Source: Candidatus Latescibacterota bacterium
GTDB lineage: Bacteria; Latescibacterota; UBA2968; UBA8231
Reading direction: 5' to 3'
Assembly: GCA_965208105.1 (NCBI GenBank)
Contig: OZ242318.1
Span: forward strand, 3,712,001-3,776,000
DNA length: 64,000 nucleotides
The notes beneath the pieces were generated by a model that was not told where the DNA came from, searched no databases, and saw only the letters and a list, made by a program, of their open reading frames with translations. Every line of letters begins with the position of its first letter. Position 1 is the first letter of the stretch. Below are positions 40,718-51,051 of the stretch, piece by piece. Position numbers and translations under genes: made by a program.

Positions 40718-42313
40718 CTACAGACTGAACGCGAACAGCGTCGCCTTGTACATCTCGATGCGAATCGCCAGCGAATCCGATAGCCGGGCGACGTTGTCAT
40801 TGCCTCTCCAGGTAACGACCCGTTCCAGCTCGTCTCCCTGGAGGACGTCGCAGTCGGCGAAGCTATAACCTTCGATTGCACTGAGGGAACCGGACAGGTG
40901 TGGTTTCGGCCCGACATGAGTGATGAGCTCGACCTTGACGAAGCCACCAGATTCCGTCTTGTAGTTTAGGCGCAGTTGTCTCGGTGGCTCGTTCGGGTCC
41001 TCGACGGGCGGAAAGCGATTGTGTATCGGCGCCGGGATGGCGTCGGGGCAGTCTGGCGGCGCTCGATAGAGGTCCTGGCGCAAGGTCAGCCTTCCGTCCC
41101 CTTTGCAACGGATTCCCGCGAGGCGATCCTTCTCCCACAAGGCGTAGCGAATGGGGAGATTCACGTGGGCACTGTCGTGTGCTAGCTTGCGGTCCGTGCC
41201 CCAGTAGGTGATGGCGTAGCGTCCGTCCGGCATTTCCAACAGCCCCGGGCCGGCGTCGAGTGCGGATCCGTAGCCTGCGCCTTCTGAATAGTTGTCAATG
41301 AGGTGGTGGTTGCGGTCCGGCCGCTCCCAGTTGAGGCCGTCGTGGCTGACTGCGAGCTGAATGTCCTTGGTCCCAGCCGACTGGGCGAACCGCGACAGGA
41401 ACATCAAGTGCAGATCGTTGCGGCCCGGATAACGAGTGTAGGCGTGATTATAGAAGGAGACGTCCGGCGGGTCGAGGGCGTCGTTCATTACGGCCAGCCG
41501 CTCCGGCTTAAAAGTGCAAAAGTCGTCGCTCTCGCAGCGGCCGGCGCAGCGCCTGCCGGCAACGTGAAAGCGGCAATAGCCGACGTATTTTCCGAGCACC
41601 TCGTCATAGAAGACGATGTTATCGCCGTCGACGAACTCCTCGAGGAGCGGTTCCTCCAGATCTGTCCAGTTGAATCCGTCGGGTGAGACGGCACCCATCA
41701 TGAAGGATTTCAACGTTCCCCACTCGCCTTCGAACTTCTCCCTGTTCCACTCCTGAAGGTGTATGTGATCCTGAATATCCGGGTTCTTCGGGCCGCCCAT
41801 GCGGGCCACGGCGTCCTTGTCCAGTTGCACCTCGACGTAGTTGCCATCGGCATCCGGCTCGCGCGCGTAGAAACCGCTCTTGCCTCTAATTGCCTTGAAA
41901 CGCTCCTCCGGCGGCGCCGATGGATCTTCGAACACGCGGCTGTACTTCGTGGACACGATGTTGTTCTTCGTCGACCCCTCGAACTCCACTGCCCCGAACT
42001 CCGGTTTAGTCCAGTTGTAGCCGTCTTCGCTTTCCGCCCGGCAAAGGCCTGCGGGCGTCTGGTAGTCGATGATGTATAGGCCATCCTTGATGTTGAAGGA
42101 GGTAACCGGTCCGCCTCCATCTTGTTCCCAGGGTCGATCCGGCGGCAGTATCGGCTCGCTCCTTTCCGCGGGCTGCGCCTCGATTTCGATTCCCATCGGC
42201 ACATCCCACGATTTCGATGTGCCGTCCTTGAATCCAATGTAACCGGCGTGAACGTACCACCAGTCGAGCAGCGGCCCCGTCGTCGGATTCCCAGTTGTCG
42301 GATCTGTTACCAT
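40718..42313 (-). CDS. Hypothetical beta-propeller glycoside-hydrolase-like protein
   Basis: Asp-box-like motifs SEDGYNW, SPDGFNW, SHDGLNW; C-terminal beta-sandwich; start at MVTDP with RBS. Confidence 0.7.
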   Translation of the reverse strand: MVTDPTTGNPTTGPLLDWWYVHAGYIGFKDGTSKSWDVPMGIEIEAQPAERSEPILPPDRPWEQDGGGPVTSFNIKDGLYIIDYQTPAGLCRAESEDGYNWTKPEFGAVEFEGSTKNNIVSTKYSRVFEDPSAPPEERFKAIRGKSGFYAREPDADGNYVEVQLDKDAVARMGGPKNPDIQDHIHLQEWNREKFEGEWGTLKSFMMGAVSPDGFNWTDLEEPLLEEFVDGDNIVFYDEVLGKYVGYCRFHVAGRRCAGRCESDDFCTFKPERLAVMNDALDPPDVSFYNHAYTRYPGRNDLHLMFLSRFAQSAGTKDIQLAVSHDGLNWERPDRNHHLIDNYSEGAGYGSALDAGPGLLEMPDGRYAITYWGTDRKLAHDSAHVNLPIRYALWEKDRLAGIRCKGDGRLTLRQDLYRAPPDCPDAIPAPIHNRFPPVEDPNEPPRQLRLNYKTESGGFVKVELITHVGPKPHLSGSLSAIEGYSFADCDVLQGDELERVVTWRGNDNVARLSDSLAIRIEMYKATLFAFSL

Positions 42314-42624
42314 GACGGATTTCCTCTCAAGCTGCGCCCGTCCGCCTTTTTCGCAGGCTCCATTCGAATTCACCAATACTCGCTACAACAAAACAGAGCT
42401 AAGTGACCAGGACGCGATTCGATCGCCTCGTCGTCGTTGATGATGATTTGGCGGCGTCGCCAAGGTGCTTGTCGTCGTTGTTCGTTCATCACATCTCCTT
42501 GCACCTCGCAGAAATGGTATGGATATTTAACGGCCGCATCAAGAGCAGAGGGCTAGGGATCGAACTCTGGAATACATGCGATCCTCAGTAGGGAGATCGC
42601 AGGTTGCGGAATCGGAGGTTGAGG

Positions 42625-43779
42625 ATGACGCTCCCAATAGCATTTGAGCTAGAGCGGTACACACATATTCCGGACATTTTTCCGGCAGACGATCACCGAA
42701 GCCCCGGTGTAAAGAGCCTGTTTTTTCAAAACGAAGAGTACTTGGCTAGGGAAACCCGCGTATTCGGGTGGATGGGAATGCCGTATCTGAGAGAAGGAGA
42801 CACCTGTCCGGCCATGGTTCTCGTGCACGGCGGCAGAGGGACCGCCTTCGACGAGTGGGTCAGGTTGTGGAATGGGAGAGGGTATGCGGCCATCGCCGTA
42901 GACCTCTGTGGTTGCGCACCGCGGATTCCCACTCCCCAAACCGGTATCAAGTACGACAGGCACGACTTCGCCGGACCGGAAGGTTGGGATGCGTCTTTCC
43001 AACAAATGCATCAAAAAACAGAAGACCAGTGGCAATTCCATGCCATTACCGCTCTCCTGCGCGCTCATACCATCATTGCCAACGCCGAGGGTGTCGATCC
43101 AGATCGAATCGGCATCACAGGCATCTCGTGGGGTGGATACCTGACCTGCCTGATGATGGGGATCGATCCCAGATACAAGGCGGCTATCCCCGTATACGGA
43201 TGTAGCTGCATGACCGACAGCATACGCCGGAGTATCAGCGGGCACCCCAGGCGACGGCAAGAAGAGATCGAAGAGTGGGGCAAGCGTTGGGATGCGATAC
43301 ACTATATCCCAAACGCGAGCATGCCTTCGCTGTGGATTACCGGAACTAATGATGGTGCTTATCCATTTGATTACTTCGCCAAGTCGTGTTCATGCGCGGC
43401 GGACCCGACGGTTTCCATGCGGGTTGAAATGCAGCACGGCCATGCCAATGGTTGGGCACCACACGAAATTCACCACTTCACCGACGCAATTTTTAGAGGG
43501 GGAGCGCCTCTGCCTCGGCATGTCGAAACGCGAGCAAACGCTGGGCGAATCGTCGCTCGGTTCGCGTCAGTGCGGCCCTTGATGGGCGCGGATTTCTGCT
43601 ATACGCGGGCTTCGGGCATGTGGACAGATCGGAAGTGGAACCAGGTCGCCGTCTCAGTCGAAGAGGAGGGAGCTCCTTATGAGGTGTCCGCCGAACTCCC
43701 GGCGGACACAACCGCGGCTTTCATAAATGTTTGGGACGACCGAGACTTGCTCGTCTCTTCAACTCATATCGAGCCATGA
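42625..43779 (+). CDS. Alpha/beta hydrolase (acetylxylan esterase/dienelactone hydrolase-like)
   Basis: VLVHGGRG, GITGISWGG nucleophile elbow, TGTND, HGH. Confidence 0.85.
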   Translation: MTLPIAFELERYTHIPDIFPADDHRSPGVKSLFFQNEEYLARETRVFGWMGMPYLREGDTCPAMVLVHGGRGTAFDEWVRLWNGRGYAAIAVDLCGCAPRIPTPQTGIKYDRHDFAGPEGWDASFQQMHQKTEDQWQFHAITALLRAHTIIANAEGVDPDRIGITGISWGGYLTCLMMGIDPRYKAAIPVYGCSCMTDSIRRSISGHPRRRQEEIEEWGKRWDAIHYIPNASMPSLWITGTNDGAYPFDYFAKSCSCAADPTVSMRVEMQHGHANGWAPHEIHHFTDAIFRGGAPLPRHVETRANAGRIVARFASVRPLMGADFCYTRASGMWTDRKWNQVAVSVEEEGAPYEVSAELPADTTAAFINVWDDRDLLVSSTHIEP

Positions 43780-44016
43780 CTGAAACAGTAATCCACAAAA
43801 GCCGACTGTTGGCCACGGCCACATCCTTCATCGATCTCACCAGAGAAAGGACCTGCTGCGTCGTCGATGGTTCACTGGAAGCCATGGCGGATCTCGAGAT
43901 GGTCGGGAAGGGCAAGCCAACCTTCGATTTCGCCGTACTTCCCAGACGCACAGCGCCACTTCGACAAAGCGACCCCAACAGGGGAGGTGACAAGTGGCTG
44001 CTGACCAAGTCGAGTC

Positions 44017-44359
44017 CCGGACCGTGTCAAGAGAAATGAGACACCTCGCGTGAATTTTACTGACGAATCTGGTCGCATTCGATGGTGTTATTTGGTTGGT
44101 TGATCCAGACTTCGCTGGGGACTTTTGGTGGTTGAGGTTTACCATTGACGAAGCGCTCGGGATGCCTGCTGTAAGCGTTATCCAGGACATGCTTCCGCAT
44201 CGCTTGGAGTTCATTGGTCAGGCCATGGTGCACGGCGTCGGGGGTGAGAAACCCCAGGCCGCTGCGACGGTGATCGGTGTTGTACCAGGCGAAGAAGTTT
44301 CGACAGTAAGTCTGTGCGTCCTCGGGGCAACAGAAGCGACCCGGGTACGCCGAGCGGTA
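44017..44359 (-). mobile_element. IS3-family transposase 3' fragment with terminal inverted repeat
   Basis: YPGRF..FFAWYNTDHRRSGLGFLTP..HPERFV..P.PP.VP.EVWIN; IR-like CCGGACCGTGTCAAGAGAAATGAGACAC at 44017-44044. Confidence 0.75.
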
Positions 44360-44364
44360 ATCGC

Positions 44365-47300
44365 ATGATGTCTTCCCGCCGCGGAAAACCGCCCCTTCCG
44401 GGCTCAACCTCCGGTCTTTTTCTCAGCTCCCCCCACGCCGACCAGGTATCCACCCTGAAGCGCCTGATCGACTCGGTGCGCCAGGGGGATCCCCTGTCTC
44501 CCCTGACGGTGGTGGGACCATCCATCTACGCCAACCTGGCCCTGCGCCGCGCCCTGGGGCGCTCGGGATTCGCCAACCTCAGGTTCTGGTTGCTTCCCTG
44601 GATTTCCGAGTCCCTGGGGGCCCCATCCCTCGCCGCCCGCGGGCGCCGGCCGCTGACCTCGATTATTGAAAGCGCCTCCCTGCGGGCGGCTCTTGCCACG
44701 GGCTCCGGTGTCCTCTCCGAGCTGCGCTCTCACCCTTCGTCCATCCGCAGCCTCCGCAACACCTTCCGCCAGATCCGCCATGCCGGCGACGGGGCCCTGG
44801 ACCGCCTGGGCGGCCGCGGCCGGCTGCAGCGGGAGGTGGTCGAGCTCTACCGGAGGTTCCGGCGCCGGACCCGGGACTACTACGACTCGGAGGACCTTGC
44901 CCGTGCCGCCGCCGCGGCGGTTGACGGAGGGATTGCCCCGGCGCTGGCCGACCTGGGGTTCGTCCTGTTCTATTCAATCCGGTCTTTGAGCCCGGGGGAA
45001 CGGGCCCTGGTTCAGTCCCTGGCGCAGAGGGGTGGCTGCGCAGTGATCCTGGGTCTGAGCGGCGACCCCGAGGCCGATGAACCATTGGCGAGCCTGGCCG
45101 ACGACCTTTCATCCTTTCTCGGCAGCCCGGAGCGCCTGGGAGCGGCCGGCGGCGGCCACCACCCGGCCCCAGCCGGGGCAGGCAGGCGGCTCCTCGTAGC
45201 CCCGGACCCCCACGAGGAGGTCCGGTGGGTGATCAGGCAGTTGGCCCGGCGGGCGGAGGAGGGAATGCCCTTCCACCGCATGGCGGTGCTCTACGGAGCC
45301 AGGTCACCCTACGCGGCCCTGGTAAGAGAGGAGCTGGAGCTCGCCCATATCCCGGCATCCGGACCCGACTCCACGCCCCTTTCCAGGTCTGCCGCCGGCA
45401 GGACACTCGAAGGTCTCCTGGATCTGTGCGGCAGCGATTTCAAGCGCGGCGAGGTTATGGCTTGGCTCATGGGCTGTCCGCTGCGCCTGCCCGGCGGGCA
45501 GGACGACGGCCGCTTCAGTCCCAGCCAATGGGACGCCCTGTCGAGGAAGGCCGGGGTCGTCAGCGAAGTCTCCCAGTGGACCGAGCGCCTGGGACGCTAC
45601 GCCGGGGACCTCCGGCGCTCCTCCGCCGCCTCGAGGCGGAGGGAGGAAATCTCTCCGGCACAGGAGTCCCTGATGAAGAGGGAGGCGGGGGCCGCCATGG
45701 GTCTGGCCCGGTTCGTGAAATCCCTGGAGGCGGATCTCAGCCCCCCAGGAGCCGGATCCTCAGGGGGCCTCTCCTGGGAAGACTACTCCCGGTGGGGAAA
45801 CGATTTGCTGGACCGCTACCTGGCGAGCTCAGACCGGTTGCCAGAACAGGAGCAGACAGCCCTGGAAAAAATCAGGGAAATCCTGGAGGGGATTGCCGCG
45901 GCCGGGGAGGTTCATCCCGCCCCGACCCTGGACCTCTTCAAGCAGGCCGTTTCCGATGAATTGCGGGCGCCGGTGGGCCGCTCCGGACCGACCGGGCAGG
46001 GGGTGTTCGTGGGAGGCATTGCCTCCTCGGCCGGTATGAGCTTCGACTTCATCCAGGTGGTGGGAATGATCGACGGAGCGGTGCCCTCCCGTGCCGGCGA
46101 CGATCCGCTGCTCCCCGACCGGGAGCGGCAGGCCGCAGGCGGACCGGCGGTGGGGCTCCCTCTGCAGCAGGAGAGGCTGGCCGAGGAAAGGCTGGTCTTC
46201 CAATCCGCTCTCTCCTCGGCTCCCGAGGTCGTCCTCTCCTTTCCCCGCGCCGACCCGGCGGCGCAGCGCGCCTGTCAGCCTTCACCATGGTTCACCGAAC
46301 AGGCCTCGGCCCTCGAGGGATCGGGGCTTCACACCTCCGGCCTGTGGTCCCTCGACCGGCGCGAATGGCTCACGGTCCTGCGGTCGATGGAGGATTTCCA
46401 GCACCCGGGCGCCGCTGCCGCCCCGGCCGATCTCCACGACTACGATCTTCAATGGCTGTGGCGCTGGAAGCAAGCCGGAAGGGAAACGCGGGACCATCCC
46501 CTGGCAAAATCAGGCCTCCTGAGGAGAACCCTGGAGCTCGGCGTCGGCAGGTACGCCAGCGGGAATTTCACCGAATGGGACGGCAATGTCTCAGGCGCGG
46601 CGGAGAAGGCGATGTTGGCCGGGAGATTGGAGGAATCCCCCCTGTCTCCCACCAGCCTGGAGCAATGGGCGGTCTGCCCCTTTCGCTACTTCATGAGCCA
46701 TGTGCTGGGCATCGGCGGCATGGAAGATCCGGAGGAGGTCTATTCCATCACCCCGCTGGACAGGGGCGCGCTGGTGCACGAGATCCTGCAGAAGTTCCTC
46801 GCCGGGGTGATCGAAGACGGCGACCTGCCCGGGCCCGAAGAGGGGTGGAGCGCCAGGCACCGCCGCACCCTGGAGCGGGCCGCCGAAGCCGGCTTCAGCC
46901 AGGCCGAGGCCGAGGGCAGGACGGGGCGGGCATTGATGTGGAACCTGGATAAGCAGAACATCCTCGACGACCTGCACGGCTTTCTGGAGGAGGACTCGAC
47001 CCTTCGCCAGCGGTTCGGAATCTCTCCCGCCCACCTGGAGGCCAGCTTCGGCATGGGCGGCGGTTCCTGGCCATCACCGGAGCTGAAGCTAGGCGGGCAT
47101 GAATCCCTCCGCTTCCGGGGCTACATCGACCGGGTGGACGCCGACGAGGCCGGCGCGCAACTGCTGGTCATGGACTACAAGACCGGAACCAAGGCGGCCT
47201 ACACCGGCCTGGGTGACGATCCCATAAACAAGGGCAGGAATCTCCAGTTGGCGGTCTACTCCCTGGCGGCACGCAATGCGCTGGGGTCCGGTGCCAGGGT

Positions 47301-47607
47301 GCAGGCCGCATACTGGTTCGTCACCGGCCCCGGCGGATTCGCCCTCCTACCCGAAGAGCCGGTGGACATTTCCGACGCCGACACCCTGGAGCGCCTGAAG
47401 GAGGGCGTCGCCGTCATCGCTGCCGGCATCGGGAGCGGCCTGTTTCCGGCAAACCCCGGAGCGCCCGGATGGGAAGGCTTCGGAAACTGCCGCCACTGCG
47501 AGTTCGACACCTTGTGCCCTTCGCGCCGGGATGCCCTGTGGGCCAGGAAGAAGGACCATCCCCTCCTGGCCCCATACCTCGGATTGTCGGGGGAGGATTC
47601 GGGGTGA
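44365..47607 (+). CDS. AddB-like inactive helicase / PD-(D/E)XK nuclease with Fe-S cysteines
   Basis: SPTSLEQWAVCPFRY, RGYIDRVD..MDYKTG..QLAVY, CRHCEFDTLC; overlaps the addA-like start (GTGA). Confidence 0.88.
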   Translation: MMSSRRGKPPLPGSTSGLFLSSPHADQVSTLKRLIDSVRQGDPLSPLTVVGPSIYANLALRRALGRSGFANLRFWLLPWISESLGAPSLAARGRRPLTSIIESASLRAALATGSGVLSELRSHPSSIRSLRNTFRQIRHAGDGALDRLGGRGRLQREVVELYRRFRRRTRDYYDSEDLARAAAAAVDGGIAPALADLGFVLFYSIRSLSPGERALVQSLAQRGGCAVILGLSGDPEADEPLASLADDLSSFLGSPERLGAAGGGHHPAPAGAGRRLLVAPDPHEEVRWVIRQLARRAEEGMPFHRMAVLYGARSPYAALVREELELAHIPASGPDSTPLSRSAAGRTLEGLLDLCGSDFKRGEVMAWLMGCPLRLPGGQDDGRFSPSQWDALSRKAGVVSEVSQWTERLGRYAGDLRRSSAASRRREEISPAQESLMKREAGAAMGLARFVKSLEADLSPPGAGSSGGLSWEDYSRWGNDLLDRYLASSDRLPEQEQTALEKIREILEGIAAAGEVHPAPTLDLFKQAVSDELRAPVGRSGPTGQGVFVGGIASSAGMSFDFIQVVGMIDGAVPSRAGDDPLLPDRERQAAGGPAVGLPLQQERLAEERLVFQSALSSAPEVVLSFPRADPAAQRACQPSPWFTEQASALEGSGLHTSGLWSLDRREWLTVLRSMEDFQHPGAAAAPADLHDYDLQWLWRWKQAGRETRDHPLAKSGLLRRTLELGVGRYASGNFTEWDGNVSGAAEKAMLAGRLEESPLSPTSLEQWAVCPFRYFMSHVLGIGGMEDPEEVYSITPLDRGALVHEILQKFLAGVIEDGDLPGPEEGWSARHRRTLERAAEAGFSQAEAEGRTGRALMWNLDKQNILDDLHGFLEEDSTLRQRFGISPAHLEASFGMGGGSWPSPELKLGGHESLRFRGYIDRVDADEAGAQLLVMDYKTGTKAAYTGLGDDPINKGRNLQLAVYSLAARNALGSGARVQAAYWFVTGPGGFALLPEEPVDISDADTLERLKEGVAVIAAGIGSGLFPANPGAPGWEGFGNCRHCEFDTLCPSRRDALWARKKDHPLLAPYLGLSGEDSG

Positions 47608-50600
47608 GCGCCGTCTTCGCACCCCGGGACGAGGAGGTGCGCCGGCGCATCCGCCGGTCCCTGGAGGAGTCCCTGTTCGTCGAGGCCGGCGCCGGCACCG
47701 GCAAGACCGCCAGCCTGGTCGACCGGGTGCTGACCCTGGTCACTTCAGGTACGGCCACCCTCGACAGGATCGCGGTCATCACCTTCACCGAGGCCGCCGC
47801 GGTGGAGCTGCGCGACCGCATCCGCGAGAGGCTGGAGAAGCCTGGCACCGGCCTGAGCCCGGAAGAGGAAGACCGGATTGCCCGCGCCCTCGGCGATCTC
47901 GACAGGGCCGCCATCCAGACCCTGCACGGCTTCGCCGCCTCGATCCTGAGAGAGCGCCCGCTGGAAGCGGGACTGCCTCCGGTTTTCGATACCCTCGACC
48001 CCATCCAGGGCGACCTGGATTTCGAGGAGGCCTGGACGGAATGGGTGGACCGGGCCCTGGATGCGCCCGAGCTCACGGATTGCCTCTCGCTGGCCTTCTC
48101 CCTGGGCCTGACCCTGGCCCAAATCCGCAAGGTGGCCACGGCCTTCCACGAAAACTACGACAGGTTGGAGACTGCCGGCTTCCCCGGCTCTCCCATGCCT
48201 CCGCCGTCCGCCGTTTCCGGACTGAAGGATTCCGCACCCGAGCTCGAGCGGCTGTGCCGGTACTCGAAGATAGGGGCTGGCGACCTGCTCTATGGCCACG
48301 TTCGGGGGCTGCTGCGCTCGATCCGCAGGTTCGGCGAGGCGGATCCCGGCTCGACCTCCGCCTACCGCCGGCTCCAGAGGATCTCCATCCGGCAAAGCCG
48401 CGGCAGGCAAGCGGATTGGGACCTGGATCCGGTAACCGAGGTCAACGCATGCAAGCGCCTCAAGGAGCTGCTCAAGGACCTGGATACTGCCGCCGGGGAG
48501 GAGCTCGACCGGGTCCGGGGCTCCGCCATCACCGGGATTCTACGTGCCCTGAGAAAGTTTGCGCTGGACTCCGCCCAGCGCCGCAGGTCCAGCGGGGTTG
48601 CGGGCTTCCACGACCTGCTGGTCTGGGCCCGGAACCTGCTTCGTGACGACCTCGAAGTGCGGGACCACTTCCGCCGCCGCTACTCCCACCTGCTGATGGA
48701 CGAGGCCCAGGACACCGACCCCATCCAGGCCGAGATCGCCATGTTCATCGCCGAGGACGACCCGGGCAACCGCGCCGAAGACCGGCCCCGGCACTGGGGC
48801 GAGGTGACCCCCCGGGCCGGAAAACTGTTCGTCGTCGGCGATCCCAAGCAGAGCATCTACCGCTTCCGCCGCGCCGACGTAACCCAGATGGCTGAACTGC
48901 AGCACCGGATGGGAGGTGAGACCCTCCACCTGCAGCAGAACTTCCGTTCCCAGCGGCCGCTGTTGGAGTGGGTCAACGCCGTGTTCGAGCCCTGGATGGG
49001 GCAGGGATTCCGGCAGGCGCGCTACGTGAGCCTCCAACCCCGGTGGGAGGCGGCCACGGACCACCCGGCAAAGCCCGGGGTCTGGTCCCTGGGTGGCCCG
49101 ACGGACGGCAGCCTCGACGAGGTCAGGAAAGCAGAGGCGGAGACCATCGCAGGACTCCTGAGAACAATGGCCGTGGACCAGTGGCAGGTGCTGGATCAGG
49201 AGGCGACCGCGGCAGCGGGCGCCGAGCGCTACCGCGGCGCAACCTTTTCCGACATCTGCATCCTCATGCCGCGGCGCACCGGTCTCAGAACCCTGGAGCA
49301 GGCCATGGAGGAGGCAGACATCCCGTTCAGGCTGGAGGGGGCGTCTCTCGTCTTTGCCACCCAGGAGATCCGCGATCTGCTCAACTGCCTGAAGGCCATC
49401 GACGATCCGGCCGACCAGGTGGCCACCGTGGCGGCGCTGCGCTCTCCCGCCTTCGCCTGCTCCGACGTCGATCTGCTGCGCTTCACCGAGGCCGGGGGGA
49501 AGTTCGAATACCTGGGCGAGCCCCGGTCGAAGGCGGGGGATTCGGGAGGCCCCGTCAGGGAAGCCATGGGCGTGCTGCGCCGGTTTCACCTGCAGCGGAT
49601 GTGGGTGTCCCCGCCCGCCCTGATCGACCGCTTCATCCGGGACCGGTTGCTGATGCAGGCAGCCGTCGACCATCCCCGCACCCGGGAGCAGTGGCGCAGG
49701 TACCGCTTCATGGTGGACCAGGCCCGCGCCTTCACCGAGGCCGGAGGAGACTCGCTGCGAGCCTTCCTGCAATGGATGGAGCGCCAGGCATCGGAGGGGG
49801 CCCGGGTAAACGAGTCTCCCGCGCCCGAGGCCGACGAGGAGGCGGTGCGCATCATGACCGTCCACGGGGCCAAGGGGCTCGAGTTTCCCATCGTCCTGCT
49901 CATGGGTCTGAATGCGGCCGGTCGGGCGTCGCCAGGAGAGGTGTTGTTTGACCGAGAGAACAATGGGATGGAAGTTTGCGCAGGCCCCGGGAGGCGGAAA
50001 TTCGCCACCCCGGGCTACGATGCCCAGGCCGAGCGGGAGAAACGGCTGGCCGAGGACGAACACGTCAGGCTGCTCTACGTCGCCGCCACCCGGGCCCGGG
50101 ACCACCTGGTGTTGAGCATGTGCCGCCGCACCTCGGACAGGGATGATACGGACGCGGGGAAGATAGCGGCGATTCTCGATGGACAGGACGACCTCTGGAG
50201 AGAGGCGCCGGCAGGCGAGGCAGTTGCTCCCCCGGACAGGGGCGCACCCGGGCCCGGGGATCACCTCCGCCGGGCAAAGGACCTTGCCCGAGCCGGCGGT
50301 ACCCCCTCCGGACTCACCCTGCGGGACCGGCAGGACTGGATCGAGCGCCGGGTGCGGCTGCTGCGGGACCGCAGCAGGCCCGTTTCCGTCGCCGCCACCG
50401 GGCTCGCACGGGAGTTGCGCGAGGAACTCCTCGCCGGGGAGCCCTGGAAGCGCGGGCGCGGAGGCACTTCCATCGGCCGCGCCGTTCACGCGGCGCTCCA
50501 GAGCATCGACCTGTCCACCGGCGCCGCCATCGACGAGACCGCTCGCGTCAAGGCGGCGGCGGAGGGAATCCCGCGGCGCTGGTCCAAGGTTGCGGAACTG

Positions 50601-51020
50601 GTGCGGACGGCGGTACGCAGCCCTGCCGTGGGCAGGGCGATGGCGGCCCCGAGGTTCTGGCGCGAGGTGCCCGTGGCAATCCCGGTGGGCGAAGGGGTGC
50701 TGGAGGGTTTCGTCGATTTGCTGTTCGAGGAGGAGGGGGGCCTGGTCCTGGTGGACTACAAGACCGACACCGTCGACTCCGAGCACCTTGAAGGTGCGAA
50801 GCAAAGGTACCGGCTGCAGGGAGGGGCCTACGCCCTGGCTCTTCGCAAGGCAACCGGCATGCCGGTGAAGGAGGTAATCTTTCTCTTCCTCCACGCCGAT
50901 CACCCCGAGACCATGACCGACGTGGACGAAATGAGCGCCGACGCCGAGGCAAGGGCGAGGCAGTACCTCGAGGGCGGGGAGGGGGACCTGCCCGGTTCAT
51001 ACTTTGGTGAGGCCGGGTAG
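47604..51020 (+). CDS. AddA-like UvrD helicase-nuclease
   Basis: EAGAGTGKT, TFTEAAA, DEAQDT, VGDPKQSIYRFR, MTVHGAKGLEF, LYVAATRARD, C-terminal GFVDL..VDYKTD. Confidence 0.92.
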   Translation: MSAVFAPRDEEVRRRIRRSLEESLFVEAGAGTGKTASLVDRVLTLVTSGTATLDRIAVITFTEAAAVELRDRIRERLEKPGTGLSPEEEDRIARALGDLDRAAIQTLHGFAASILRERPLEAGLPPVFDTLDPIQGDLDFEEAWTEWVDRALDAPELTDCLSLAFSLGLTLAQIRKVATAFHENYDRLETAGFPGSPMPPPSAVSGLKDSAPELERLCRYSKIGAGDLLYGHVRGLLRSIRRFGEADPGSTSAYRRLQRISIRQSRGRQADWDLDPVTEVNACKRLKELLKDLDTAAGEELDRVRGSAITGILRALRKFALDSAQRRRSSGVAGFHDLLVWARNLLRDDLEVRDHFRRRYSHLLMDEAQDTDPIQAEIAMFIAEDDPGNRAEDRPRHWGEVTPRAGKLFVVGDPKQSIYRFRRADVTQMAELQHRMGGETLHLQQNFRSQRPLLEWVNAVFEPWMGQGFRQARYVSLQPRWEAATDHPAKPGVWSLGGPTDGSLDEVRKAEAETIAGLLRTMAVDQWQVLDQEATAAAGAERYRGATFSDICILMPRRTGLRTLEQAMEEADIPFRLEGASLVFATQEIRDLLNCLKAIDDPADQVATVAALRSPAFACSDVDLLRFTEAGGKFEYLGEPRSKAGDSGGPVREAMGVLRRFHLQRMWVSPPALIDRFIRDRLLMQAAVDHPRTREQWRRYRFMVDQARAFTEAGGDSLRAFLQWMERQASEGARVNESPAPEADEEAVRIMTVHGAKGLEFPIVLLMGLNAAGRASPGEVLFDRENNGMEVCAGPGRRKFATPGYDAQAEREKRLAEDEHVRLLYVAATRARDHLVLSMCRRTSDRDDTDAGKIAAILDGQDDLWREAPAGEAVAPPDRGAPGPGDHLRRAKDLARAGGTPSGLTLRDRQDWIERRVRLLRDRSRPVSVAATGLARELREELLAGEPWKRGRGGTSIGRAVHAALQSIDLSTGAAIDETARVKAAAEGIPRRWSKVAELVRTAVRSPAVGRAMAAPRFWREVPVAIPVGEGVLEGFVDLLFEEEGGLVLVDYKTDTVDSEHLEGAKQRYRLQGGAYALALRKATGMPVKEVIFLFLHADHPETMTDVDEMSADAEARARQYLEGGEGDLPGSYFGEAG

Positions 51021-51051
51021 GGCGGTTTCCGGAAAATTCAGCAGGCCCGCT

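Larger units (their letters stand above)
39168..44371. mobile_element. Degraded lower-GC genomic islet downstream of ssrA
   Basis: Visible GC drop, gene fragments, IS remnant; flanked by TAATCGCATG(T/A)TGT at 39168-39181 and 44358-44371; no integrase in the window. Confidence 0.55.

Noticed and set aside
44365-51020. Novel defence helicase-nuclease or Cas4 system
   Set aside because: Architecture and translational coupling fit ordinary AddAB-type repair, and GC is core-like.
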